A DNA stretch of 64,000 nt from Candidatus Multivoradales bacterium (lineage in GTDB: Bacteria > Acidobacteriota > Thermoanaerobaculia > Multivoradales > Multivoraceae): positions 1,024,001 to 1,088,000 of the forward strand of contig CBDCWI010000002.1 of the NCBI GenBank assembly GCA_965223325.1. The letters run 5' to 3'. Shown one piece after another: positions 32,280 to 42,694 of this stretch; position 1 is the stretch's first letter; each line of letters starts with the position of its first letter. The position numbers and the translations under genes were made by a program. The notes below the pieces were generated by a model. The model had not been told where the DNA came from. It was given only the letters and a program-made list of their open reading frames with translations, and ran no database searches.

Positions 32280-33677
32280 ATGCCTCGATCTCCCCGCAAG
32301 ACCCCGGAAAACACCAATGGGCAGGTCGCCTCAGGAACCACAGGTCTCAGTCGCCGCCGCGTCCTGCAGACCGCCGCCACCGCCGCCGCCGGCTGGACGA
32401 TCGTTCCCCGCCACGTGCTCGGCCGGGGCTACCAGGCCCCGAGCGATACCGTTCTGGTGGCAGGGATCGGGGTCGGCGGCCGGGGCTTCAGCGACATCAA
32501 CGGCTGTGCGCCACACGCAGAGATCGTCGCGCTGGCCGACGTCGACTACCAGCGCGCCGCACCGGCGTTCCGGCGCTACCCTGAGGCGCCGCGCTATCGC
32601 GACTTTCGCGACATGCTCGAGAAGCACCCGGAAATCGACGCGGTCACCATCGGCACCCCCGACCACACTCACGCCTACATCGCGGTCACCGCGATGGAAT
32701 CCGGCAAACACGTCTACTGCGAGAAGCCGCTCACCCGCACCATCCACGAGGCACGGGTGCTCGCAGATGTTGCGACGAAGAGCGGCGTGGCAACACAGAT
32801 GGGCAACCAGGGGCACGCCGGAGCCGGCACCCGCCAGATTCGCGAATGGATCGAAGCCGGGGTCATCGGCAAGGTCGAAAGTGTCGAATTCTGGACCAAC
32901 CGGCCGATCTGGCCACAGGCCATCGAGCGCCCGACCGACCTCCATCACATACCTGACACGTTGAGCTGGGACCTTTGGCTGGGACCCGCCCCCGAGCGCC
33001 CCTTCCACCCCGCCTACGTGCCGTTCCGGTGGCGCGGCTGGTGGGACTACGGTACCGGCGCTCTCGGCGATATTGCCTGTCACGCGATGGACGCATCGTT
33101 CTGGGCTCTCGACCTGCGCGAGCCCACCCGCATTCACGCCGAAAGCACCTTGCTCTTCGAAGAAACCGCCCCGGCCTCGAGTCGCATCGTCTACGAGTTC
33201 CCGGAACGCAACGGACGGCCAGCTCTCAATGCCACCTGGCGCGACGGTGGACTGCTGCCACCGCGGCGCCCCGAGTTCCCGGCCGATCAACCGTGGCCCG
33301 GCGGAACCTCAGGCCAGCTGATCGTCGGCAGAGAGGGCATCATCATGGCCGACATGTACGCCACCGCCCCGCGCCTCTATCCCGAGTCGCTAGCCGAAGA
33401 GATCGCCGCCAACCCGGTCGACGAGAAATATCCGCGCACCGAAGGTGTTTACAAGGAGTGGATCGATGCCTGCGCCGGCAAAGGCACGGCGGGCTCGAAC
33501 TTTCCCGACCATGCCACTCCACTCACCGAAATGTGCCTGCTCGGCAACCTCGCACTGCGCTCAGGCCAGACCATCGAATGGGATTCGAAAAAGGGCATGG
33601 TCGCCAACGTCAAGTCAGCCAACCAGTGGATCAAGGAGCCAGCCCGCAAGGGCTGGAAGCTCGACGCCCTGGCCTAG
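32280..33677 (+). CDS. Tat-exported Gfo/Idh/MocA oxidoreductase
   Basis: SRRRVL Tat motif, IGVGGRG, TPDHTH, VYCEKPL, QMGNQGH, GGAGG RBS. Confidence 0.9.
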   Translation: MPRSPRKTPENTNGQVASGTTGLSRRRVLQTAATAAAGWTIVPRHVLGRGYQAPSDTVLVAGIGVGGRGFSDINGCAPHAEIVALADVDYQRAAPAFRRYPEAPRYRDFRDMLEKHPEIDAVTIGTPDHTHAYIAVTAMESGKHVYCEKPLTRTIHEARVLADVATKSGVATQMGNQGHAGAGTRQIREWIEAGVIGKVESVEFWTNRPIWPQAIERPTDLHHIPDTLSWDLWLGPAPERPFHPAYVPFRWRGWWDYGTGALGDIACHAMDASFWALDLREPTRIHAESTLLFEETAPASSRIVYEFPERNGRPALNATWRDGGLLPPRRPEFPADQPWPGGTSGQLIVGREGIIMADMYATAPRLYPESLAEEIAANPVDEKYPRTEGVYKEWIDACAGKGTAGSNFPDHATPLTEMCLLGNLALRSGQTIEWDSKKGMVANVKSANQWIKEPARKGWKLDALA

Positions 33678-33698
33678 CACGCTCTTACCCCCTCCTCT

Positions 33699-33983
33699 AT
33701 GACTGAAACCGTCCTCTGCAGCCGCTACGGCGATCGCCTCCCGGCGCTCGAGAACCCTCCAATGCCGGGCGCGCTCGGAAAGCGCATCAAGGAAGCGGTC
33801 TCCGCCAGGGCCTGGGCTGAATGGACCGAGGAGGAGGTGCTGGTGATCAACCACTACGCCCTGAGCCTCGTCGACCCAGAGCATCAGCGGTTCCTGATGG
33901 AGCGCATGAACGCCTGGCTGTTCGAGCAGGCACCGGGAGTCGACACCTCCAAGCCACCGGTCGACGGCCCGCCACGCTCTTGA
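33699..33983 (+). CDS. yggX: Oxidative damage protection / Fe(II)-trafficking protein YggX
   Basis: VLC..L..PPMPGALGKRI..VS..AW..W....LVINHY.L pattern. Confidence 0.85.
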   Translation: MTETVLCSRYGDRLPALENPPMPGALGKRIKEAVSARAWAEWTEEEVLVINHYALSLVDPEHQRFLMERMNAWLFEQAPGVDTSKPPVDGPPRS

Positions 33984-35509
33984 CGAGTCGAACGGCGCCG
34001 GCTCTAGGCGCTACAGGTCCGGCTCCGGCGCTGCCCACCGCGGCTCTGCTGGCGGTCTTCTCGTTCGGAGCGCTCTTCTTGCCGCAACCCGTAAAGGGAG
34101 CCGAGTCTGGCGGGCCGCTCGCCCAACCGGAGCTGCCAGCCAGCGCACGCGCGCTCGCCTGCTGTTCGCTCGACCAGGAAACGCTCGACGACTCACCGCC
34201 GGGCACGGTCCTGGTTCTCGAACCTGGCACCTGGTTCCTCGACCGCCAGCTCACAATCCCCGCCGGTGTCGAGGTCGTTGGGCGAGATGACTACGTCGAG
34301 ATCACCGGCTCGCGGGTGACGGTGTTTCAGAAGGTGGGCAACCTCTGGGCCGCCGCCGGCCAGACTCAGGAGACGACCAACCACTACCCCTACTGCCCCG
34401 AAGACGGTTACTGCCGTCCGGAGCAGGTGTGGTTGGACTCGGTGGCCCTCGAGCAGGTCGAACACCAGAGAGACCTCTCGGCCGGTCACTTCTGGTTCGA
34501 CTACAAGGGCGACACGATCTACCTTGCCGACGATCCCAGCGACCACGAGGTGCACGTCTCCTGGACACGCAAAGCCTTCGTGCTCGAAGAAGGCGCAACC
34601 CTGCGCAATGTGCACATAACGCGGTTTCGAACCTTGGCAGCCATGCCGGCGGAGCTCCACGCCACCGTCATCGCGGGTGCGCGTGCCGAGCTCCAGGACG
34701 TCACCATCAGCGACGCCCCAGGTGCGTGCCTCCGCCTCGAAGGCCCCGGCAGCCGCGCCCTCAGAACGCGCCTTCTGCGCTGCGGTCGTCTCGGTCTGGC
34801 CATCGGGCGCGAAGCGCACGGGGCCGAGTTCTCACATGGCGAGATCGGCTGGGGCAACCACGCCGGCTACAACACCGGTCACGAGGCCGCCTGTGCAAAG
34901 ACGGTGGGCACCAACGGCGTCACCTTCGACTCGAACTGGGTCCACGACTGCGACGGGCCGGGCCTATGGACCGACATCGGCGTGCGGGGCGCGGTGATTC
35001 GAAACAACACCATCGCACGTACCGAGTTCGGCGTCTTCCACGAGATCAGCTACGACGCCCGCATCGAAGGCAACACCCTCACCGACAACCGGCACGGCAT
35101 CAAGGTCGTCAACGGCGGCGAAGGAAAGCCGGTTGAAATCAAGGGCAACCAGGTCACTTATTTCGATCCCGACGGCACCGGCATTACCGTGCAGTGGGAT
35201 TGTCGCGAAGACCCGCGGCAGTGGATCGGTGGCCGGGTGGTGGTGGAGAGGAACCACATCAGCGGGCCGGGGCGCGTCAAGGGTTGGTGGGCCAACGGTC
35301 ACCAGGCCGGCCAACGGGTCGACACGGACTGCGAGTTCCTGATGCAGGAGCGACCGTTGGCCGACTGGTACGAGCTGGTGGAGTGGAAAGACAACACCGT
35401 CGACGCTGTCGGTGAAGAGGCTTGGGTCTGGTGGAGCGCCGGAAGCGGCCAGGTCAAGATCTCGGGCGAAGAGTGGCGGAGCGCCCAACGGGCGATGCGT
35501 GAGCGCTAG
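33980..35509 (+). CDS. Right-handed parallel beta-helix repeat protein (secreted)
   Basis: NWVHDCDGPGLWTD, IRNNTI, GVFHEISYDARIEGN. TTG start overlaps the yggX stop (TTGA). Confidence 0.75.
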   Translation: MTSRTAPALGATGPAPALPTAALLAVFSFGALFLPQPVKGAESGGPLAQPELPASARALACCSLDQETLDDSPPGTVLVLEPGTWFLDRQLTIPAGVEVVGRDDYVEITGSRVTVFQKVGNLWAAAGQTQETTNHYPYCPEDGYCRPEQVWLDSVALEQVEHQRDLSAGHFWFDYKGDTIYLADDPSDHEVHVSWTRKAFVLEEGATLRNVHITRFRTLAAMPAELHATVIAGARAELQDVTISDAPGACLRLEGPGSRALRTRLLRCGRLGLAIGREAHGAEFSHGEIGWGNHAGYNTGHEAACAKTVGTNGVTFDSNWVHDCDGPGLWTDIGVRGAVIRNNTIARTEFGVFHEISYDARIEGNTLTDNRHGIKVVNGGEGKPVEIKGNQVTYFDPDGTGITVQWDCREDPRQWIGGRVVVERNHISGPGRVKGWWANGHQAGQRVDTDCEFLMQERPLADWYELVEWKDNTVDAVGEEAWVWWSAGSGQVKISGEEWRSAQRAMRER

Positions 35510-35542
35510 GGCTGAACCCGAGAGTCTCGAGAGAAAGTAAGT

Positions 35543-37564
35543 CTACGAGGCCTCGACGGCTTGCGCTTTGGTCCGGTCGCGGCGGCTGGTCACGTTCTGC
35601 TCGAGCCAGGCGATCAGCTCGTCGGGCTGAAACGGTTTGACCAGCTCGGGTAGGCCGCAATCGGGCCGATGCTGCCCGACGCGGAAGCCGGAACACAGGA
35701 GCACGGGAAGCTCCGGGCGTACCGATCGCACATGCACCAGGAGATCGGTTCCGGTTCCATCCGGCAGTCGATGATCAGAGACCACGACGTCGAAGTCATC
35801 GATCCTGGTTTCGACAAGCTTCCAGGCTTCGCGAAACGATGACGCTCGCGTGACGCGGTGCGATGCGCCGGCTAGTAGATGCTCGATGAGATCGAGTGCC
35901 TGCAAGTCGTCGTCGACGAGCAGAATGGCGAGCGAGCGTTGCGGGCGCTCCTCAGCCGCCGCCGGAACGACTTCCGGTTCGGGCAGAAGAACCCTGAACG
36001 TCGACCCGTCGCGACCGGAATCGAGCAACAGCGCTCCACGCTCGCCGGTGACGATGCCGGCGACCGCCGCAAGACCGAGCCCGCTGCGATGTTCCCAGTC
36101 TCCTCGATACGGTTCGAGAATATAGGAGCGCGCCCGCCGACCGACGCCTGAGCCCTGGTCGCGCACTTCGATCTCGACGTAGCGGCCCGGCTCGGGCTTG
36201 CCGTCTTCGATAAGGCTCGCTTTCAGTTCCTTCCGCGTCACCGAACGGCGTCGGACCGACACCTGGACGTTGCCCCGCACCGCGGCGCTGGCACGCACCG
36301 CGTTCGAGAGGATGTTCAGGATCACCTGCTGCAAACGACCGGGGTCGACGATCAGCCGGGCCTCGGGATCGACCTCGCCGAGGGTGATCTCGACCCCAGA
36401 CGCAGCGGCTCGGCGATGGATCAGGCGGAGCGCCTCCGAAACGGAGTCGCCAACCTGGAGGGATTCCCTGAAGACCACACCGCGACCGGAATATGCAAGC
36501 AACTGCTTGACGAGACTCGAGGCCTCGACGGCGGCTGATCGCACCGATCGAAGCATCGACAACGAGTCTTCCGGATCCGCCGTTCGGGCCTCCATCGAGT
36601 CGATCAACAGCTCCGAGTTCGCCAACACCGTGGTCAAAAGATTGTTGAAGTCGTGAGCGATACCGCCGGTCAGATGACCGACGAGCTCGAGTCGCTGTGA
36701 CCGCCCCAAACGCAGTTCTCGTTCGAGCCGCTCGGACTCGGCCTGGGCGCGCTCGGTCTCGTCGACGACGGTGATGAGCTCGGAGTCGCGGCCTAGAAAC
36801 TGGATCGGCTGGCGCTCGATGCGCACTGTACGGCCGGCTCCTCCAATCGCCACCTCCAGCGAGTCGTGGGTAGCCGCCGCAGCGACTGGCAGGAGATCCT
36901 CTAGAGGCTTACCGACCAGGTCGTGAGGGTGCCGCTCGAACAACAACGCCGCCTCGGCATTCCCGAAGTCGATGCGACCCTCGGTGACGACCAGGGTGCC
37001 CACCGGTTGACGATCCACCAAGTCCTCGAAGCCTGCTCCCATCGCCGCCAGCGCATCGAGCGAACGTCGTCGCCAGACGAAATAGAAGGCGCTCATTCCG
37101 CCCATCGCCAACATGACCAGCGAGAGGTTGCTGACGATCTGGGCGCTGGTCGACGTCACGCCGGTGCGCGAGGCGATCCAGGCGGCTCCGGCGAGTGCCA
37201 CCACGCTGGCGCCAACCGCAACGGGCATCGAGCCCGCGAGGGTGGCGAGCACCGGAACGATGGCAATCCAGAACAGAGTCGCCGGCGGATGCGACCCGGT
37301 GTCGACCGACCAACCGACGGCCAGAAGCGAAACTGCGGTCAGAAGCAGTAGCAGGCGGTCCGGTCGACCGCCAAGCCGAAGGGCAACCAGGGTCACTGCC
37401 GCGGCCCCGGCCGTCACCAGGTTGGCGGCGCCCGGACCACTGACCGCCAGGTCGATCGCTGCGATGGCGAGACAACCCCACCCGAAGAACCACACGAGCG
37501 CGGTGCGCAGGTCGCTGAAAAGCACTCTGGGTACGGCTGCGGAAGGCGAACTGGTCAAGGACAC
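35543..37564 (-). CDS. Membrane-bound hybrid histidine kinase (PAS, HisKA, HATPase, receiver)
   Basis: GGIAHDFNNLL, QVILNILSNA, VRDQGSG, SGLGL and receiver ILLVDDD..VVVSDHRLP..KPF. Confidence 0.9.
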   Translation of the reverse strand: MSLTSSPSAAVPRVLFSDLRTALVWFFGWGCLAIAAIDLAVSGPGAANLVTAGAAAVTLVALRLGGRPDRLLLLLTAVSLLAVGWSVDTGSHPPATLFWIAIVPVLATLAGSMPVAVGASVVALAGAAWIASRTGVTSTSAQIVSNLSLVMLAMGGMSAFYFVWRRRSLDALAAMGAGFEDLVDRQPVGTLVVTEGRIDFGNAEAALLFERHPHDLVGKPLEDLLPVAAAATHDSLEVAIGGAGRTVRIERQPIQFLGRDSELITVVDETERAQAESERLERELRLGRSQRLELVGHLTGGIAHDFNNLLTTVLANSELLIDSMEARTADPEDSLSMLRSVRSAAVEASSLVKQLLAYSGRGVVFRESLQVGDSVSEALRLIHRRAAASGVEITLGEVDPEARLIVDPGRLQQVILNILSNAVRASAAVRGNVQVSVRRRSVTRKELKASLIEDGKPEPGRYVEIEVRDQGSGVGRRARSYILEPYRGDWEHRSGLGLAAVAGIVTGERGALLLDSGRDGSTFRVLLPEPEVVPAAAEERPQRSLAILLVDDDLQALDLIEHLLAGASHRVTRASSFREAWKLVETRIDDFDVVVSDHRLPDGTGTDLLVHVRSVRPELPVLLCSGFRVGQHRPDCGLPELVKPFQPDELIAWLEQNVTSRRDRTKAQAVEAS

Positions 37565-37864
37565 GATGAATGAGCTCGAAATAGAAGCGGCCCTGTCGAA
37601 CGATCGGACCCACCTCGAATACGTCCCGCAACCGGCGACAGTTCCGGACGATCGCGACAGGCCATGGATGCGGGAAGCGGTGGGCTCGACGAGGCCGCCC
37701 GGATCCGCGGAAACCGGAGAATAAATGCGCCTATGCGCAAGTTATAACTATACCAGCGAGCTGTCGGGATCGGCAGCCTTTCGGCCCTCGTTCGGCTCAG
37801 CCTGCCCGCTCGAGGTCACCAACCTCGAGGATCCTGGAGACGATGCGCCCGGCTCGCGGGACTC

Positions 37865-38066
37865 GGCCGGCGCGCTGGGCGGTGTCGCTGCGCTCGCCGC
37901 GCGGAGTCGCCACCTCGAGCGTCATCGTGTCGCCCTCGACCGTGGCGGAGTATTCGAGCGCGACCACCATGCCCTGGGACTCGGTCGTGCGCGTGAAAGA
38001 GAGCGTTGCGTCCGAGAAGGTGACGTTCTCGAGGGCCTCCTCACCGTCGCGCCCGGTGAAGGTACC
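37865..38066 (-). pseudogene. Fragment of a small beta-barrel-like domain gene lacking an in-frame start
   Basis: GTFTGRDGEEALENVTFSDATLSFTRTTESQGMVVALEYSATVEGDTMTLEVATPRGER has strong GC3 bias. The nearest upstream ATG (38110) is out of frame. Confidence 0.5.
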
Positions 38067-38229
38067 GCAGCAAGGACCCGGGAGGCGCCGGACGCGGCTC
38101 GAAGACCCATGGTCTATTCTTTCGTCTAGGCCTTCACCCGCGCTCCGCTTGCGCACGGCACTCAGCGAGATACAGATCTCAGCAAAGATGCAGAGCGCAG
38201 ATGCCACAAGCTCGCAAGGTAAACCAACG

Positions 38230-38892
38230 ATGCCCAACCCTCTCGCCCGCCTCCTTCCCACCGTCACCTTACGGGCGTTCGGCATCCCAGCCTTCCTTGC
38301 CGTCGTGCTGCTCGCGCCCTTCGCCGCCGCCGTCGCCCAGGAGACCGAAGGCGCCAACGATAGCGCCACCAGCGAGGCGAGCACCGAGGACGAGACGCCT
38401 CCACCGCCTCGCCGCCCCGACGACGGAGAGACGACGCAGCTCGAACTCGACGGCCAGAAAGTCTCGCTCCAGTACATGCCCCTCGAGACCGGGTCGATCG
38501 AGCACGAACGATTCCAGAGCACCGGTGACGGCGACGTCTTCTGGTTCGACGCGGCGCGCTGCTTCAAGTTCAAGACCGACGTGACGCTCCGACACGCCAG
38601 CGGAGCCACCATCGAGGCCCACAACGTCCATCCCGAATACCCGGGAATCTACTGTCTCTGGCTGGTGCGGGACGACGGTTGGCAGCTGCTCTTCAACGAG
38701 CAGGCTGACGTCTGGGGCAGCATGCACGACAGCAGGTTCGATCGCGCGCGGGTGCCGCTCACCTGGGGTGAGGCCGAAGAGAATGCTCCCGAACTCGACA
38801 TACGGTTGAGCAAGGACAACAACGGGTCCGTCGCCCTCGAGTTGGCCTGGGGGCGCGACCGGGGCCACGCCACGTTCACCGTCGACCGTTGA
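38230..38892 (+). CDS. DUF2911-like secreted protein
   Basis: Signal peptide, then VSLQY..PGIYCLW..WQLLFN..VWG..RVPL..LELAWG pattern. Confidence 0.65.
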   Translation: MPNPLARLLPTVTLRAFGIPAFLAVVLLAPFAAAVAQETEGANDSATSEASTEDETPPPPRRPDDGETTQLELDGQKVSLQYMPLETGSIEHERFQSTGDGDVFWFDAARCFKFKTDVTLRHASGATIEAHNVHPEYPGIYCLWLVRDDGWQLLFNEQADVWGSMHDSRFDRARVPLTWGEAEENAPELDIRLSKDNNGSVALELAWGRDRGHATFTVDR

Positions 38893-38912
38893 GTCCGGCG
38901 AGTCAGAGCGGT

Positions 38913-40334
38913 CTAGCGCGACACCGAGGGCGCCTCGGGCCACACCGTCGTATGAGGAAAGAACCCATACCAGGCAAACCAGAGCGATAGATGCCCCGGT
39001 AGGCGCAACAAGCGGTCGCCGCCCTCCGACACCAACGCATCTTCTTCTCGGCGCCATTCGATTCCGGCCTCGTCGACCAGTCCCCCGCTCCCCACCAGAC
39101 GCCTGAAGCGCTGCCCGTCGCGTTCGTAGATTCGCACCTCGCCGCTCTCTGGATCGTGGATCAGGACAATCTCTTCTTTACCGATGCGGTCGTTGAGCAC
39201 CGGTCGTCGTGCCAGCGCCTCGATCAGCCACGCTCGGGCGTGTTCGCCACGTCGCAGGGCGTAGACCTCGGCGCCGCGCTCCAGGAGGGAGCTCTTCTTC
39301 CAGATCGGAAACGACACGCCGCGCCGCGCGCGGTTGGCCTCATCGGGAAGGTAGCGAAAGTTCCAGCGGGCACCGTAGTCGCGGTCGAGGACCATGACCG
39401 TCGTTTCGGGGTGTGCTGCCCGCCAGGCGCCCCAGGTGGTGAGGGTCATCGGCAGAATCTCGAGCTCGGCAGTGGTGGCCGCGAGACGCCCCAACACCGG
39501 TGTGCCGGTGAGATTGCTCCACAGGGTCATTGAAGAGCGATCCCACATCAGCTTGTTCGACCGATAGAGGAGCCCGGAAGTCCCGAAGGTCCTCGTGCCG
39601 CCGTTGGCGGTGCGGCCGGAGTACACGACCCCGGAGTCACACAGCGTTCAGTAACTGACCGTGAGCGGCCTGCCTCCAACCGTGTCGTTGACCATCTCGT
39701 GCCAGCTGACATAGCGCAGTGGCCAGGCGCGCGACTCACCACCGAGCGCGATGGCAAAGACCAGCTCGTCGTCGGTCAGGCCACGTGCCTGCTGCGCGGC
39801 CACGTGCGGTGGCGCCTCGAGCGGCGGGATGCCATCGAGAGGTACGCCGCCCCACACCACTTCCTCGAGACGGATCCGTTGCGGCATCCCGGGATAGAGG
39901 ATCTGGCCGTAGCGTGGATCGATGCGCGAGAACAGCTCGACCTTCCAGGCTACGTAACCAGGCGGAGCGACGAGTTCCTGTCTCCGCCCCACCAACTCGA
40001 CCCAGTCGTAGTAGTCACGCCCCACCGTTTCTCCGGCCAGCCCTTCGAGCACTTCGACGAGCCGGCGACGCTCGATCACCGGAGTGAAAAAGAGCGCATC
40101 CACCAGCGGCGGAATCCAGTGCGGATTGCCCGAAGCCATGAGCATCTCGGCGGCCGCCCGCTGCTGGCGGCGCTTACCGTCCATCAGATCGCGAATCGCC
40201 TGGTAACCGTCGATGGGAGGGAGGGCCAGGAGAACCTGGGGTGAAAGAACCACGGGTAACAGAAGGATCCCCAAGGCCAACGCGACCCCGAACGGCTGCC
40301 AGCGAGAAGAGCCAAGCTTGGTGAGACGACGCAT
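38913..40334 (-). CDS. DUF3179 domain (seleno)protein with in-frame UGA at 39648-39650
   Basis: The two track ORFs share one frame, reading HEMVNDTVGGRPLTVSY-TGA-TLCDSG..FGTSGLLYRSNKLMWDR. The TGA sits at the first Cys of the family's YCxLC motif. Confidence 0.85.
39624..39641 (-). promoter_or_regulatory. Candidate bacterial SECIS hairpin
   Basis: On the minus strand, just after the UGA, UGUGACU-CCGG-GGUCGUG can pair (several G-U) with G in the apical loop. Folded by eye only. Confidence 0.4.
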
Positions 40335-40475
40335 CGTCTGACGATAGCCTCCAGAGTTCACGAATCTGTCACAGCCCTGGGAGTCCGCCAGCGGGTCGCG
40401 CGGGCGCAGAGCCTTGCGCCGGCAACCGGAGCCGCCCGACCAACTCCTGCCAGCGGCGTGCGGTAGGTTGCAGGC

Positions 40476-41213
40476 ATGCCAACCACTCCCGCTCAACGGG
40501 TCCTCGACTCCACACGTCGTCTCGGCGAGGCGCTCGACTTCCCGATCGACGGCCCGGCGTATGTCTACAACCCGCTGCAGTATGCATGGGCACCCTGGAA
40601 ACAGTACGTCGAGCGAAACGCTGCTCCGCCGCGGGACGAGCGCATCCTCTTGGTGGGCATGAATCCAGGCCCCTGGGGAATGGCACAGACCGGCGTACCG
40701 TTCGGTGCGGTTTCCGTGGTGCGCGACTGGTTGGGCATCGAAGAAGAGGTCGGTAAACCGGAGAACGAGCATCCCAAGCGACCCGTCGAAGGCTTCTTGT
40801 GCAGTCGCGAGGAAGTCAGCGGTGCCCGACTCTGGGGCTGGGCCGAAGAGCGCTTCAAGACACCAGAGCGTTTCTTCGAGCGCTTCTTCGTCGCCAACTA
40901 CTGCCCGCTTCTCTTCCTCGAAGAAAGCGGCCGCAACCTGACGCCCGACAAACTTCCCGCGGAAACCAGAAGGCGCGTGCTTGCCCCTTGCGATGCGGCG
41001 CTGCTGGAAGTGGCCGAGGCGGTGGGCACTACACGCGTCGTGGCGATCGGTGTCTGGGCCGAGAAACAGGCACGCTCGGCCCTCGCCGACACCGGCCTCG
41101 TTGTCGACCGCATCCTGCACCCGTCGCCCGCCTCACCCGCCGCCAACCGCGGATGGGCCGACCAGGCCGAGCGCCAACTCGAGGCTCTCGGAATCGATCC
41201 ATGGCCCGCCTGA
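40476..41213 (+). CDS. smug1: SMUG1-type (family 3) uracil-DNA glycosylase
   Basis: VYNPLQYA, GMNPGPWGMAQTGVPFG, EVSGARLW, NYCPL, LHPSP. Confidence 0.92.
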   Translation: MPTTPAQRVLDSTRRLGEALDFPIDGPAYVYNPLQYAWAPWKQYVERNAAPPRDERILLVGMNPGPWGMAQTGVPFGAVSVVRDWLGIEEEVGKPENEHPKRPVEGFLCSREEVSGARLWGWAEERFKTPERFFERFFVANYCPLLFLEESGRNLTPDKLPAETRRRVLAPCDAALLEVAEAVGTTRVVAIGVWAEKQARSALADTGLVVDRILHPSPASPAANRGWADQAERQLEALGIDPWPA

Positions 41214-42019
41214 ACCTCTTCGAATTCAACGACGCCCCCTGGTTTCCCCGCCTCCTGCGGCGCTACGAAGTCGACTACCTCGAAACCCTCTTCCGCCTCA
41301 CCGGCGCCTACGAACCCGCCGTACGAGTGCTCGCTTCGATGCTCGAGGAGATCAACAACGCGGGCACGAAGACGCGCATCGTCGACCTCGGCTCTGGCGG
41401 CGGCGGCCCCCTACCTTCGATCTTGCCTCAGCTACGCGAGAAGGCAGGCACCCTGGACGTCGTCCTGACCGACCTCCACCCCCAGCCCGAAAGTTGGCAA
41501 GACCTCATCTCTCGCGACCACGGCATTTCCTACAACGCCGCGCCCGTCGATGCCGCCGACCCCATGGCGACCCTCAGAGAGCCGAGCGATACCCCAACCC
41601 TTTACACGATGTTCGAAGTCTTCCACCACTTCCGCCGCCCGCTCGCCAAGAAGATCCTCGTCAGCGCCGTAGCCGACCAACGCCCCCTCGCCATCTTCGA
41701 CGCCGTGAGCCGCACCCCCCGCTTCATCCTCGGCTCGATCTTCATTCCCCTGGCAGTTCTTCTGATGACCCCAAGAATACGCCCCTTCCGGTGGACCCGC
41801 CTGCTCTTTACCTACCTCATCCCCATCCTCCCCATTGTCATCGGCTGGGACGGCCTGGTCTCCCACCTGAGAGCCTGGAAACAGGAAGAACTCGCCGACC
41901 TCGCGAGCGAACTCGCCGCCCCCGGCTGGACCTGGACTGCCAACGTCCTCAAAGAAGGCCAACTGGAAATCACCACCCTCTTCGGCCGCCCGGACAAAGC
42001 AGCCCCAAGGGCCCCCTGA
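41201..42019 (+). CDS. Class I SAM-dependent methyltransferase-like protein
   Basis: LFEFND.PWFP, IVDLGSGGGGP, LTDLHP, FHHF, WDGLVS.LR. Confidence 0.8.
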   Translation: MARLNLFEFNDAPWFPRLLRRYEVDYLETLFRLTGAYEPAVRVLASMLEEINNAGTKTRIVDLGSGGGGPLPSILPQLREKAGTLDVVLTDLHPQPESWQDLISRDHGISYNAAPVDAADPMATLREPSDTPTLYTMFEVFHHFRRPLAKKILVSAVADQRPLAIFDAVSRTPRFILGSIFIPLAVLLMTPRIRPFRWTRLLFTYLIPILPIVIGWDGLVSHLRAWKQEELADLASELAAPGWTWTANVLKEGQLEITTLFGRPDKAAPRAP

Positions 42020-42023
42020 AGTC

Positions 42024-42395
42024 ATGAGCCAGAAAAACCCTTTAGACCGCATCCGCCAGATCATCGCCCGCTGGCCCGAAACAGACGAACGCCTCTCCCA
42101 CGGCGCTCCCACCTGGTGGGGCGGCAAAAGGACCTTCGCCAACTTCCACGACAACCACCACGGCGACGGCCGCCTCGCCCTATGGTGCAAAGCCACTCTC
42201 GACCAGCAGGAGATGCTCATCGAGACCAACCCCGAAGCCTTCTTCAAGCCGCCCTACGTAGGCCATAAGGGCTGGGTGGGAATCAACCTCGATCGCGGCC
42301 TCGACTGGGATCTGGTCGAGGACCTTCTGGAAGAGGGCTACCGCTCTGTGGCTCCACAGCGCGCTATCAAACTGCTGGACGAAGGCGAAGCCTGA
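42024..42395 (+). CDS. MmcQ/YjbR family DNA-binding protein
   Basis: SHGAPTW, DNHHGDGR, FFKPPYVGHKGWVG. Confidence 0.88.
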   Translation: MSQKNPLDRIRQIIARWPETDERLSHGAPTWWGGKRTFANFHDNHHGDGRLALWCKATLDQQEMLIETNPEAFFKPPYVGHKGWVGINLDRGLDWDLVEDLLEEGYRSVAPQRAIKLLDEGEA

Positions 42396-42694
42396 CGAGC
42401 GAGTGACGCTGCGTTCTCGCGGGACGCGGCATCTTGACGGGCAGTGATCTCGCTCAAGGCGGGGGACCGAGGAGGTTGGCAAAGGCCGTGAGTCTGGGGT
42501 GCCATTCACCCACGAGTGGAACGGGAGTGCGACTAACGTAGCGCGATGTGCGAAGCACGAGCGAGCAAGACCACCATCCGGCTCCGAAACCGATCACTCC
42601 GCGCAAGTCGCCGAAGGCGCGCGCATGAATGCGCGATGTGCGAAGCACGAGCGTGCACCCCCCTCACCAAACCTGTTGTGCGCAAACTCCGATA

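Noticed and set aside
40335-41120. N-terminal extension of the 490-aa DUF3179 ORF
   Set aside because: Antisense to SMUG1. The plausible start is ATG 40334 ahead of a hydrophobic leader.
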